From the NCBI GenBank assembly GCA_963713605.1, contig CAVQMO010000001.1, positions 256,001-320,000 on the forward strand: a stretch of 64,000 nucleotides of DNA, in the 5' to 3' direction. Of this stretch, positions 54,055-64,000 are shown in pieces. The stretch comes from an uncultured Nitrososphaerales archaeon. GTDB taxonomy: Archaea; Thermoproteota; Nitrososphaeria; Nitrososphaerales; Nitrososphaeraceae. Each line of letters starts with the position of its first letter. The stretch's first letter is position 1. Under the pieces are notes generated by a model that searched no databases, was not told the DNA's origin, and was given only the letters and a program-made list of their open reading frames with translations. A program made the translations under genes and the position numbers.

Positions 54055-54714
54055 TCAAGGGCTCGCAGAACTTTGACTGGCTAATATTGCCAATGCTCTG
54101 ACAGGAGAACCCGAAGCTCCCTTTAATTTAAGCGGATTGATTAGCAGGGTGAATGTGTCTTTGTGTTCTAGACTCCCAAGATTACATAAATTCTCTACGA
54201 TCAAGATACCTTTTCCTAGCAGGGTTTTGTGAGCAGAGAAATGCTCATCTGAACCAATATCGATACTCGGACCATCTATTCCTACGGCGTTTACTTTCTT
54301 CTCTGCCAAAAACTCAGCAGCAGCCACTGATAAACCAGGATTGCTTATCATGTAATCCTTGTTATTTATCATGTTCTGCCAGCCAGTTCTGAACACGATC
54401 GACATACCACGATCTATTTCGTTGATATCACGCAAATCATCAAGAGTTATCAATTCGTTTATGCCTTTAGGCATGTGCAACAGTAGGGCAGGACCTACAA
54501 ATCGCTCTACCCCGATCATATCTATACTCTCAGTATCCTTTACGAAATGGGATGGAGCATCCAAATGAGTTCCAGTATGAGTACTCATCATCATGATTTC
54601 TGAATCATAGGAATGCACATCATATTTTGTCCACTTCATGAATAGAGGTTGAGGAGAACCTGGAAACACTTGCAAATTTGCATTTATTTCAAGCGACAAA
54701 TCTAGCACCTGCAT
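54055..54714 (-). CDS. cyclase family (kynurenine formamidase-like) protein
   Basis: HTGTHLDAPSH, GIDGPSID, IVENL, GSPVRA. Confidence 0.92.
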   Translation of the reverse strand: MQVLDLSLEINANLQVFPGSPQPLFMKWTKYDVHSYDSEIMMMSTHTGTHLDAPSHFVKDTESIDMIGVERFVGPALLLHMPKGINELITLDDLRDINEIDRGMSIVFRTGWQNMINNKDYMISNPGLSVAAAEFLAEKKVNAVGIDGPSIDIGSDEHFSAHKTLLGKGILIVENLCNLGSLEHKDTFTLLINPLKLKGASGSPVRALAILASQSSASP

Positions 54715-54886
54715 CTACCAAATCTGTCATGTTATTTCCACTACTGATTTTTAAATCGTATTAAGCCAATTCGGCAAAGAACATTGTTATTTTTTTCTCT
54801 ATTTTCGAGATGTCATGTGGTTATGGTAAATTCATTGCCTACGATCTACTTCAATGCATAACAAAGATCGTCAAAATATGGATTAC

Positions 54887-55825
54887 TCACGTTGGGTCTT
54901 CATTTGTGATCAGAGCTAGAAGCGCCGCTCTAATTTCCTTCCCATTCGCTGCTTGCCTGAAATATGTGGCATTGCTAGTATTGTCTATTGAATGAGAGAC
55001 TTCATCTAACCTGGGCAAGGGATGCATAATAGAAACATCAGTTTTTGACTTATCGAGGGTGGTTTGATCGATAGTATATGTACCCTTTACTTTTTCATAC
55101 TCTTGTATGTCAGGGAATCGTTCTTTCTGGATCCTAGTTACATAGATGACATCTAGGGTTGACAAAATCTCCTCAGGAATGTCGCTGTACTCATGGATCT
55201 TTAACTTATTCTCCACGCCGTATATTGACTCCTTTCGTATTCTGAGTGTAGGAGGCGATATCAATCGGATATCTACGTCGTAATTAGCGAGTCCATATAC
55301 CAAAGAATAAATCGTTCTTCCATATTTTAAATCACCAATAATCCCTATTCGAAGGCCGTCAATCCTTCCTTTCTCCTTATAAATTGTATATAAATCGAGC
55401 ATGGCCTGAGTCGGATGTTCTTCGCTTCCGCTCCCTGCGTTGATAACGGGATTACTTGACAATTCGCTTGCAAACCTACCAGAACCATCTAGAGGATGTC
55501 TCAACACGAGTACATCTGAGTACAAATCCATAATTCGAATCGTGTCTGACAAACTTTCACCCTTTTCAATAGATGAAGATTTAGGATCTGCTATACCAAT
55601 CGAGCTACCTCCGATAGATGAGATTGCGGCCTCAAAGCTCATTCTTGTTCTTGTGCTTGGCTCATAGTAAATCGAACCAAGGGTTCGTCCTTTACCCAAC
55701 TCGCTTCTTTCAGTCCTTGATAAGCTAGATATCTTGTCAGTGAAACTGAAAAGAAATTCTAATTCATCTCTGGTAAAATCCCTAATTGAAACGATATCCC
55801 TATCAAAATAATGATTTGTGGCCAA
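54887..55825 (-). CDS. pyrB: aspartate carbamoyltransferase catalytic subunit
   Basis: EPSTRTR, HPTQ, GDLKYGRT, TRIQKER, HPLPR. Confidence 0.97.
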   Translation of the reverse strand: MATNHYFDRDIVSIRDFTRDELEFLFSFTDKISSLSRTERSELGKGRTLGSIYYEPSTRTRMSFEAAISSIGGSSIGIADPKSSSIEKGESLSDTIRIMDLYSDVLVLRHPLDGSGRFASELSSNPVINAGSGSEEHPTQAMLDLYTIYKEKGRIDGLRIGIIGDLKYGRTIYSLVYGLANYDVDIRLISPPTLRIRKESIYGVENKLKIHEYSDIPEEILSTLDVIYVTRIQKERFPDIQEYEKVKGTYTIDQTTLDKSKTDVSIMHPLPRLDEVSHSIDNTSNATYFRQAANGKEIRAALLALITNEDPT

Positions 55826-56002
55826 TTTCGTAAATCTTGATCAGGTATTCTAATACTGTATATTTATTATTTCGAATGGTTCCCTTCAATGTTCTTTGTC
55901 TGTACTGAAAGTAGCTTTCACAGAAGGCTACTTTATGATATGGATTTGAATCCGTTTCCCAATAGGTTCATATGAAGAAATGGCTGATCGGATTTCTATT
56001 AG

Positions 56003-56671
56003 TTGGGAATTTATAAGTACGATATTTACAAGAGTCCGAATTTAGGGTTGTTCGGTCGGGCGAACAATAGCACTCTGATCCTACCTTTTGGTTTCGCCGA
56101 AACTAAAATGACTAAATTGAGGAGCTACCTAGAGGTCGAAAATGTACTTTTTACTTCGATTGGAGGAACCAGGCTCATTGGGGCGATGGCTGTCATGAAC
56201 AACAAAGGCATCTTGTTGTCGTCTTTTTCGTCGGACGAGGAGATTGAAGCTATGAGGCGATCGACCGGGCTTAACGTCGAGAGGCTATCTAGCAGGTTTA
56301 CTGCAGTAGGGAACTTAGTTATAGCCAATGATATGGGTGCGCTGGTTTCTCCTATATTCAAAGGCGAAGTTGACAAGCAGGTCCAGGATGTTCTTGGAGT
56401 ACCCGTTATCTCCTGTACTGTCGCAGGATATTATCAGATCGGTTCAATGATTGTTGCTACTGATACGGGTGCAGCTGTACACCCCAAGGCATCAGAAGAA
56501 GAGGTGGCAATTATCGCAGAGACTCTAAAGGTTGAGACTGAGCCAGTCACGGTTAACGGCGGTATGCCATTCCTGTCATCGGGATTACTCGCCAACAGTA
56601 AATCCGTAATCGCTGGTAGTATGACGAGTGGACCAGAGCTGATCATGATTAGTAGAGCTTTCAAGGTTTAG
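56003..56671 (+). CDS. eif6: translation initiation factor 6
   Basis: SPNLGLF, AVGNLVIAND, TVNGG, TSGPEL pentein repeats. Confidence 0.93.
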   Translation: MGIYKYDIYKSPNLGLFGRANNSTLILPFGFAETKMTKLRSYLEVENVLFTSIGGTRLIGAMAVMNNKGILLSSFSSDEEIEAMRRSTGLNVERLSSRFTAVGNLVIANDMGALVSPIFKGEVDKQVQDVLGVPVISCTVAGYYQIGSMIVATDTGAAVHPKASEEEVAIIAETLKVETEPVTVNGGMPFLSSGLLANSKSVIAGSMTSGPELIMISRAFKV

Positions 56672-56967
56672 AATCTACGGGATCTACTGTGAATCAGGAA
56701 GCATATACCTGAGTATCTACTGGTAAATGGCTATTTCTGAGCCTTGATATAGGATTTGGTTCAGTACAGATTGAAAGTTCAAGTTGATAATAAGACTATA
56801 CAACTCAAAATCATTCTATGAATTTGGAAATTGGGATATCGAGATTCAAAGCACCCTTGTACAAAGTTGAATAAGCAGCATTATTTGGAACAAAATTTTA
56901 ATGATATCTGCAAAGATAAATCGGTTTTGGCAACAATAACGTATATAACAACAAAATAGAAATAATA

Positions 56968-57495
56968 TTGACGATGTCTGACAACGGAGTAGAACCTAAG
57001 GAGGAACGGTCTACATTTACAAGTACTTGGACTGTTGAATGGAAGGACGAAACTAGTCATGTCGTCAACACAGAAAAAGAAAATGCCTATCCTCAGGCCT
57101 TGATTTTGTTTAACGAATTATCTAGTTCGGGAAAGGAGGTGGTTCTTTACGAAATACGGACGCCCATTGCCGATCCAGCTGCTCAACCAAAAAAAATCCC
57201 AATTCTGAATAGTGCAAAGGCAAAGAAGAGAATTACTCATGGGGAACCGAAACCGCGAGCAGCTAGGGTGTCAGATAGGATTACAAATTCAAGCAAATCT
57301 GCAAAAACTTCTAGTCTAAAGGAGCTCAGGACAAGAATACTTATTTTAGTTGCAGTCATTGCTGTTTTTGTCATTATTCTCTTTCTTATTTCTATTCTTT
57401 TTACTGGCAGCGATTTAGCGCACAATTTTTCGATTTTACTTTTTCAACTAAATCCTCTGCGATTGGACTTAAACATACGGCCGGTTCTAGGGTAA
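56968..57495 (+). CDS. hypothetical protein with C-terminal TM helix
   Basis: 175 aa ORF with a hydrophobic segment near the C-terminus. Confidence 0.7.
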   Translation: MTMSDNGVEPKEERSTFTSTWTVEWKDETSHVVNTEKENAYPQALILFNELSSSGKEVVLYEIRTPIADPAAQPKKIPILNSAKAKKRITHGEPKPRAARVSDRITNSSKSAKTSSLKELRTRILILVAVIAVFVIILFLISILFTGSDLAHNFSILLFQLNPLRLDLNIRPVLG

Positions 57496-57606
57496 TGTTT
57501 GTAATATTTAGGGCTCAAGCACCCTAAAAGCTTAATCAATTCCTGAGTGATTGGCACATTTGCTTCAAATACACAAGTTTAATACTCCTAGTTAGTTATA
57601 GGGGCT

Positions 57607-57852
57607 ATGCCAATAGCATATGTGTTACTCAATTGTGAACTCGGTCATGAAGCAGATATTATTAACGAACTGAAAAAACTACCGGGAGTCAATGATGTCG
57701 AAGGATGTTATGGTGTTTACGACATGATTCTGAAAATAAGCTCGGATTCGATGGACAAGCTAAAGGAGACTATCACGTGGCACATCCGAAAGATAGACAA
57801 AATAAAGTCGACTTTAACATTGATAGTTATAGAAGGCCAGGGGAATCATTAG
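57607..57852 (+). CDS. stand-alone Lrp/AsnC ligand-binding (RAM) domain protein
   Basis: paralogue of 53280-53525. Confidence 0.92.
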   Translation: MPIAYVLLNCELGHEADIINELKKLPGVNDVEGCYGVYDMILKISSDSMDKLKETITWHIRKIDKIKSTLTLIVIEGQGNH

Positions 57853-58107
57853 GATTAAAGGCGAATTGAAGGGTTATTAGCTTACGACTCGCCTGCCAAT
57901 CCAGTGTCTTACCATACATTCAATCAAACCGCATGAAATTTAATAGGTCTTGACACAGATAGAGTTGGCACACTAATTTTCATTGGAATCTGATATGACG
58001 TTGCCTACATTGACATCATATTTCTCGACCTGATTGGTCAAGCATTCGTGTTAATTTATTCTCCTTAAAATAGTCTAATTTTAAGATAAGCTCGTTCGAT
58101 TTGCTCT

Positions 58108-58446
58108 TTACCTAATGTCTTGAAAAGCCTGGGAAATCTGCGATTTTGCCGCTTCCAGATCCTTATCGCTGGAGATAAGAAAAGCATTTTCTGGTTTACC
58201 CCTACCATGTTTTACGATTATAGCGAGTCCGTCGTCTTTTGGTTGAACATCAAGGAACGTCCTAAAGTTCAGCGTCTTCGCGTAGACAATTCGATGCGGG
58301 CGCACCTCTTCTATGACCATATCGCCTAGCGATTTTGCGAATCGTCTAAGCTCTAAGAGTATCTCTTTGATATCGTCTCTTAAACTCGTTAGATGATCTT
58401 CAAATTGCAAACCAGATTTATTATTGACGAACCCGAATTCACTCAT
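58108..58446 (-). CDS. DUF5655-like protein
   Basis: FEDHL..ELRRFAKSLG..IVY..FLDV..ISQAF pattern. Confidence 0.65.
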   Translation of the reverse strand: MSEFGFVNNKSGLQFEDHLTSLRDDIKEILLELRRFAKSLGDMVIEEVRPHRIVYAKTLNFRTFLDVQPKDDGLAIIVKHGRGKPENAFLISSDKDLEAAKSQISQAFQDIR

Positions 58447-58793
58447 GAGATCCTATATGCAAAAACCCTTTATTAATCAAAGAGGCACACGCAGTCTAGA
58501 TTTTTAGAGTTTTCCAGTTATTGAGGGCTTTCAATATTGGATATTGTACTATAAGGCAAATCTTTGATATGCATCTAATATGCGAATACTACTCTGCACT
58601 TGACGAGCTTCTGGTGAGCAACCCAAACATATTTTCAGCATATTGAAGGGAAAGGACAAATTACTTCAATCAATATAACATCCCCTGCCCTGGATGTTAC
58701 TATGCAGCAGACCGGAATCGCCAATCGAATAAATTTGTATCTACATTTTTACTTTTAAGGAATCGGGATAAAAATAGGTTGGTTTATCGAGGT

Positions 58794-59132
58794 TTAATTC
58801 CAGAGGGCGAGACGTTCCTTAAGAGGAGCAAAGTGTCTTTCAATCTCATCGAAGCGTTCATAAAAATTATCGATATGACGAAGTTTTTCAAAGGAAGAAT
58901 CTGTCTTTATCTTCTTCAAGACCCCGCTCACTTCATCAATCGTAACCCCGTGCTTAATATCATATTCTATCTGCTTTATGCAATTTGCTATCGTTCCGTA
59001 CTTCCGATGTTGTCGTTTTTCCCAAGTTGAAGCCGTTTCCGATATTCCTGTTAAATACTTTACAATTGTCTTTTCCATATGCTCAATATGCCAATCCTTC
59101 ATAGGAAAGCTATTCTGAGTCAAAAGATCCAT
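58794..59132 (-). CDS. hypothetical protein
   Basis: 112 aa helical ORF. Confidence 0.75.
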   Translation of the reverse strand: MDLLTQNSFPMKDWHIEHMEKTIVKYLTGISETASTWEKRQHRKYGTIANCIKQIEYDIKHGVTIDEVSGVLKKIKTDSSFEKLRHIDNFYERFDEIERHFAPLKERLALWN

Positions 59133-59432
59133 AATATATCCCTCTGCCGGACATATAAGCTAAGCCCCCATTCCAATAGCAAGGTTATTCTGCTAGTTAT
59201 CCACTACTCCATCAGCTTATGACATCTATGCCCCTCGACATCTTAATCGCCCCTCTCCGAGATTTCCAAATAGCCAGCCAGTCACCTATGCGCCTTATAT
59301 TGATTTCTAGGATTTGGTTGAAATGCATACAATACGAGAGTTTCATCCAAACCGTTCCAGATACTTTTCGTATATCAAGAGAATCCTAAATTCTCCTAAA
59401 ATCTCTTGTGACCTACAATGAGGGCAAGCCGT

Positions 59433-59957
59433 TTAGGCTATTCCAGTCGTCTTCTTTAGATGCTTCTCGAAGCTTTGTAAGGCTGATATCTGTTCTTCAG
59501 ATTGGATCGAACCTGGTCTCAAAACTCTGATCTTTGTGATGGCTTCTAGAGAGGACAGATTGGGGTCCTGTTTCATAATATATGCTGCAAGAATGGTTCC
59601 GGTTCTTCCTTTTCCGGCTGCGCAATGAACCAATACTGGTTTCTCTTCGTTAATGCGTTGGTCTATGTACCGGACCGTTGATTCTAAGCTTTCAAGTGGC
59701 GGTGCACCAAAGTCATCAACCTTCAGGTGCATATACTCCAGTTTCTGACTGGTATTAGTTAACCACGAAGTTGGAAGTGGGCTTTCCCTAACTGTGATGA
59801 TACTCCTAATGCCGTTCTTTGCAACCCACAAAAGTTGTGGCAAATTGACTGGCATGCCGCTGCCCGCTAATTTTTTCTCTATCACCCAGCTAAAATTCGT
59901 TGGTCGATTTGCAAAGCGTCCATGAAACCAACGATATGTATTGCCAATTCTGGTCAT
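59433..59957 (-). CDS. dual-specificity protein phosphatase
   Basis: VHCAAGKGRTG (CX5R), NFSWV, RPGSIQ. Confidence 0.93.
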   Translation of the reverse strand: MTRIGNTYRWFHGRFANRPTNFSWVIEKKLAGSGMPVNLPQLLWVAKNGIRSIITVRESPLPTSWLTNTSQKLEYMHLKVDDFGAPPLESLESTVRYIDQRINEEKPVLVHCAAGKGRTGTILAAYIMKQDPNLSSLEAITKIRVLRPGSIQSEEQISALQSFEKHLKKTTGIA

Positions 59958-60141
59958 GTAGTTGTTTTGAATAATTACTTGCAAGAAGAGAATATATGTC
60001 TTTTAAATCGCCGTGTACGATCTTACTTTGAATATGCAAATAATCTTCGTGGCGCTGTATCCTCATCTGCATAGGTTCTAAATGTGCAAGGGTTAAATTG
60101 CATTGTGTGCTGGATGAGCCAGGGTCAAATGGTGGCGCAAT

Positions 60142-60852
60142 TTGATTAAACATGATTTCTCTAGTAAGATAGTTCTGATTACGGGAAGCTCGGGCGCGGT
60201 AGGAAGTCGGTTATTGGAATTTTTCACATCACACGGTGCTACTACCATTGGAACTTACCTAGACGAAACGAAAATCGATATTACTCGTTCAAAATCTGGA
60301 GGAGTCGACCTTATTCGATGTAATACTATGGAGAATGCCGATGTGACTTCTCTCGTTGATTCAATTACCCATAAACACGGTCGAATAGACGTTCTATTGA
60401 ATACTGTAGGGGGATACATTGGTGGGAAGAGTGTAGTGGATCTTGAAGAGGAAGAATGGAACAAGATGTTGGGTTTAAACCTGCTTTCGGCGTTCCTAAT
60501 TACCAAGCAAGTTCTCCGTCTAATGCTTCAATCTGATTATGGTAAGATAGTTCATATTTCTTCTTATACGGGGATATCTGCTCAGGGGTTGGATTCGGCA
60601 TATGCCTCATCGAAAGCCGGCCTGATAAGATTTGTTGAATCCGTTTCAAAAGAAGTGAAGGAATATAATATTACGGTCAACTGTTTATTACCTTCGATTA
60701 TCGATACAAAATCAAACAGAAAAATGATGCCAGATGCTAATTTCAAGCAGTGGGTCAAGATAGACGAGCTAGTGGATATTATTGCGTTCCTAAGTTCTGA
60801 CGACTCTCGTGCACTAACTGGCTCAGCAATACCAGTGCTCAAACCAAGTTAA
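60142..60852 (+). CDS. SDR family oxidoreductase
   Basis: TGSSGAVG, YASSK, PSIIDT. Confidence 0.92.
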   Translation: MIKHDFSSKIVLITGSSGAVGSRLLEFFTSHGATTIGTYLDETKIDITRSKSGGVDLIRCNTMENADVTSLVDSITHKHGRIDVLLNTVGGYIGGKSVVDLEEEEWNKMLGLNLLSAFLITKQVLRLMLQSDYGKIVHISSYTGISAQGLDSAYASSKAGLIRFVESVSKEVKEYNITVNCLLPSIIDTKSNRKMMPDANFKQWVKIDELVDIIAFLSSDDSRALTGSAIPVLKPS

Positions 60853-60900
60853 CTTAACTGCTACTCAACTACATAATTTGAAATTAAGAAAGTGATCAGA

Positions 60901-61215
60901 TTAGCTCAAAAAGGAAATGATTTTTCCCACCAAATCATTTTCGCGGGGCCTAGTTGTTGTTTCCAATAGTGCAACTCCATCTAAAGTAGCAGAAAAATAT
61001 TCTCTGTAATAAATGCGCATTTTTCGCCTTAATGTCCTTTCTACCAGGCCATATTCCATAAGGTCGGTTATCAATTGAGAAACAATCAATTGATTAAGAT
61101 CAGTTTGGCTTGAAATCTTGCTCTCTGTTTTGGAGCTACCCTTAACGCAACTAAGTATTTGAACATGCCACTTTGTCAGGCGTGAATCGTTACGATCAAA
61201 GGTCCTCGCATTCAA
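60901..61215 (-). CDS. winged-helix domain protein
   Basis: ISSQTDLNQLIVSQLITDLMEYGLVE..ATLDG. Confidence 0.7.
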   Translation of the reverse strand: MNARTFDRNDSRLTKWHVQILSCVKGSSKTESKISSQTDLNQLIVSQLITDLMEYGLVERTLRRKMRIYYREYFSATLDGVALLETTTRPRENDLVGKIISFLS

Positions 61216-61437
61216 ATGTATGTTATTTAGATCAACTAGAGTCGATTATTAATGTAACTGTCTAGCTGTGCAACAGATATACAGTACATTGACTTCTGTC
61301 ATACCTAAGAGTAGGATAGTCTCAAATCTTAAAATCAAGCCATTACTTGTCTTACGAATAGATTTCCTCAGGTGGAATAATTGCATGGCATCCCCAAATA
61401 AAATAACATTAATGGGGAATTGTTTGGATAAAAAGAG

Positions 61438-62256
61438 GTGAATAGTTCTTCGGACCCTGGAGAATATTGGCAGAATAGACTCACAGCAAATTATAGTTTG
61501 GACGGAACAGGATTCCAGGCCCTTGGCCAGCATTACAACAAATGGATGTATAGAATTAGGAAAGTTATCGTAAAAAGGGTGGTTAATAGGACGATCTCTG
61601 AGCTTAATGTTAAGGATGCGTTTGATATTGGTTCAGGTACTGGGTTTTACATTGACATGTGGATAGAACTTGGCGCTACAGGAGTCATAGGAAGTGACAT
61701 TACAGACGTGGCAGTGTCGAAGTTGGGGGAGAAATATCCTTCCAATGAATTCTTTAAGCTTGATATTGGGCAAAATGTATTGCCAGATCAGCTCTCTGGC
61801 CGAAAGTTTGACATCATATCTGCATTTGATGTATTATTCCATATAACCGATGATGTTCGATATCGGAATGCAATACTGAATATTAGTCGCCTTTTAAGAG
61901 AAGATGGAACGTTTTTGTTTTCAGAGAATTTTCTTCATCGTGATGCGCTAAGATCCCAGCATCAGGTGAGCCGTCCGCTTCTTTCAATCGAAAGGATACT
62001 TCAGGAAAGCGGATTTAAAATATTAGACAGGATTCCCATGTTTGTAATTATGAACGCACCAGTGGATACTAACAGTAGGTTACTTCAAACAACCTGGAAG
62101 TTGATTAGAACCACTGCAAAGAAAGGGAGATTCGCATCGAATTTCACCGGCTGTTTGCTTTATCCTCTAGAATTAATTCTTACTGGTATAGTCAAGGAGG
62201 GGCCATCAACGGAATTGATGATCTGCAAAAAACTACAAGGGGGTTCACAGTCCTAG
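61438..62256 (+). CDS. class I SAM-dependent methyltransferase
   Basis: FDIGSGTG, GSDI, FDIISAFDVLFHI. Confidence 0.9.
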   Translation: MNSSSDPGEYWQNRLTANYSLDGTGFQALGQHYNKWMYRIRKVIVKRVVNRTISELNVKDAFDIGSGTGFYIDMWIELGATGVIGSDITDVAVSKLGEKYPSNEFFKLDIGQNVLPDQLSGRKFDIISAFDVLFHITDDVRYRNAILNISRLLREDGTFLFSENFLHRDALRSQHQVSRPLLSIERILQESGFKILDRIPMFVIMNAPVDTNSRLLQTTWKLIRTTAKKGRFASNFTGCLLYPLELILTGIVKEGPSTELMICKKLQGGSQS

Positions 62257-62353
62257 TAAAGGATAGCAACATGCCGGAGTTAGATGTTGTTGATTCTCCA
62301 TTTAGCATTCTAACGTTTGAGCTATATGGCTAGTCAAACGACCTCTCATAGAT

Positions 62354-62803
62354 TCATCGACTTTGGTTGACACCCTTCCGATACCAAATGAAAAGCAGTA
62401 TTGCTCCAATTGCTATTCCAAATAGAGAATACACATAGGAGTTAGTGACGATAAAACAGTGCCACTCAAGCACTCTTAGGGAAGGATCCGTTAATTGAGC
62501 GTCCTCCTGACTAAGAATAGATAGACATCTAAAACCCTCCGAATTCAGGTCCGCTGCCAGGATAGAAAAGAGTGCTATAAAGAATATGCCATAATAGAAG
62601 AGGTTGTTTGCCCATAGGGGACTCATTGGAAACAATAAACCAGAGCTGAATCTTTCAAGAGGTGAAAGCTTGAGGCGTTCAGTGTTTGAAAGAAATGCTT
62701 GTAACAACAGCTCCTTAACAAATAAGAAGCACTTAACGAAATTGTATTCAATCAGTCCTACCTTCCCACATCTCTTTTCGCGTAGTCCCAATCGGTCATA
62801 CAA
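62354..62803 (-). CDS. membrane protein (start probably later than the ORF start)
   Basis: two TM helices flanking a loop with two Cys. Confidence 0.55.
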   Translation of the reverse strand: MYDRLGLREKRCGKVGLIEYNFVKCFLFVKELLLQAFLSNTERLKLSPLERFSSGLLFPMSPLWANNLFYYGIFFIALFSILAADLNSEGFRCLSILSQEDAQLTDPSLRVLEWHCFIVTNSYVYSLFGIAIGAILLFIWYRKGVNQSR

Positions 62804-62845
62804 TATCTCACTATAGAATCTTACAGTACATTAGACGTAAAAATA

Positions 62846-62853
62846 TTTATAAT
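62846..62853 (+). promoter_or_regulatory. archaeal TATA box with purine-rich BRE-like sequence upstream
   Basis: gtaaaaata-TTTATAAT, ending 21 bp before the GTG at 62875; spacing fits a leaderless transcript. Confidence 0.55.
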
Positions 62854-62874
62854 GTATTGCTCCGCGAAAGTACC

Positions 62875-64000
62875 GTGCTTAGTAAAACAAATTCATTTCA
62901 AACGTACGTACTAATAGCACTAACACTGGGAGCATTAGGGCTCCAAGTAGTGCCTTTAAACCAAATACATGCAACAGTGGCTGGATTGGCAGCCGCAGCC
63001 GCAGCTGCGAGCAGCTGGTGACGCAGCAGCTGCCGCAGCAGCAGCCGCTGGAGGCTCAGCTGCAGCTGCAGCCGCTGCAGGCAGTGGCAGCTGCAGCAGC
63101 AGCATCATCTGCAGGAGGAGGTGCAGCAGCAGCCGCAGCAGCAGGCAGTGGCAGCAGCAGCAGCAGCCGCCACCTCTGGTGGTTCAGCAGCAGCAGCAGC
63201 CGCAGCAGGCAGTGCAGCCGCAGCAGCAGCCGCTGGAGGTTCAGCAGCAGCAGCAGCCGCAGCAGGCGGTGCAGCCGCAGCAGCAGCCGCTTCTGGAGGA
63301 GAAGCCGCCTCGGCAGCAGCCGCGAGCAGCAGCGGCTGATAACGGCGCAGCAGCAGCCGCAGCGCAGCTGCGGGTGCAGGCGCTGCATCGGGCGCAGCAG
63401 CAGGCGCAGCCGGCAGCAGCAGCCGCTGCAGCGGCAGCAGCTTCAGGTGTCTCAGGAGCAGCAGCAGCAGCCGCAGGCAGTGCAGCAGCAGCAGCCGCAG
63501 CAACTGGAGGTGGTGCAGCAGCAGCTGCGGCAGCAGGAAACGCAGCGCGCAGCAGCAGCAGCAGCCGCAGGTGGCGGTGGTGCAGCAGCAGGTGCAGCAG
63601 CCGGTGGTGGTGGCAGCAGCAGCAGCCGCAGCAGCCAGTCAGGCAGCAGCCGCAGCCGCAGCCGCAGCTGGCGGTTCAGCCGCAGCAGCAGCCGCAGCAG
63701 GAGCAGCAGCAGCCGCAGCCGCAGCCGGTGGTGGTGCAGCAGCCGCAGCCGCAGCTGGTGGTGGTGCAGCAGCAGCAGCAGCCGCAGCTGGTGGTGGTGG
63801 CAGCAGCCGGCAGCAGCCGGTGGCGGTGGTGCAGCAGCCGCAGCAGCCAGTCAGGGCAGCAGCAGCAGCCGCAGCTGCAGCTGGCGGTTCAGCAGCCGCA
63901 GCAGCCGCAGCAGCCGGTGGTGGTGCAGCGGGCGCGGCAGCCGCGGCAGCAGGTGCAGCAGCAGCAGCTGCAGCAGCAAGCTCAGGGCTTAGTGGGGCAG
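62875..64000 (+). CDS. secreted poly-Ala/Gly repeat protein (partial; multiple apparent indels)
   Basis: GTG 62875 gives MLSKTNSFQTYVLIALTLGALGLQVVPLNQIHA-TVAGLAAAAAAA; GCN codon runs separated by GGN/TCN codons continue to the window end. Confidence 0.8.
62989..64000. repeat. imperfect GC-rich tandem repeat, (GCN)~7 + 2-4 Gly/Ser codons, unit about 27-33 bp
   Basis: recurrent gcagcagcagcagccgcagca separated by ggtggt/ggaggttca/ggcagt. Confidence 0.93.

Noticed and set aside
860..62816. Numerous short ORFs overlapping recognised genes on the opposite strand or in another frame (e.g. 8285-8611, 13047-13406, 22622-22984, 26543-27010)
   Set aside because: Shadow ORFs of well-supported genes with no motifs of their own.
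63056..63503. Antisense poly-Ala/Pro or poly-Leu ORFs
   Set aside because: GCN-rich repeats are stop-free and Ala-coding on both strands; the promoter and signal peptide support the plus strand.
63018..63992. 324 aa poly-Gln/Ser/Arg ORF in the ORF track
   Set aside because: It drifts between Gln, Ser/Arg and Ala frames at indels. Only the Ala frame joins the signal peptide and shows third-position codon variation.
62989..64000. CRISPR array or pure CAG microsatellite
   Set aside because: There are no unique spacers or cas genes, and the variation is codon-structured.

Overview
This is archaeal chromosomal DNA, most consistent with a soil ammonia-oxidising archaeon of the Nitrososphaerales. 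The inference rests on gatDE, tiaS, purP, Cbf5, eL19/eL32, aIF6, GINS, intron-containing tRNAs, stand-alone Lrp RAM domains and many small Zn-ribbon proteins. The window is mostly housekeeping genes: Tat export, Asn/purine/pyrimidine/NAD/B12/inositol metabolism, sulfur assimilation, DNA repair and tRNA modification. There are three tRNAs: Val-TAC, an initiator Met with two non-canonical introns, and Ser-GGA with one intron. About a dozen genes, including essential gatD and gatE, are split by apparent single-base insertions, which points to uncorrected long-read errors rather than real pseudogenes. The most notable items are: (1) a signal-peptide-bearing, silk-like (Ala7-Gly-turn)n protein starting at 62875 and running off the window, which the ORF track translates in the wrong frame; (2) a ThrC-like gene coupled to a ubiquitin-like/E1 fusion with an internal Gly-Gly; (3) a small OST3/OST6/DC2-like membrane protein; (4) an unannotated DUF4242-like gene with an in-frame TGA. 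No CRISPR array, rRNA, transposase or integrase was seen. All family assignments are by-eye motif recognition; no searches were run.
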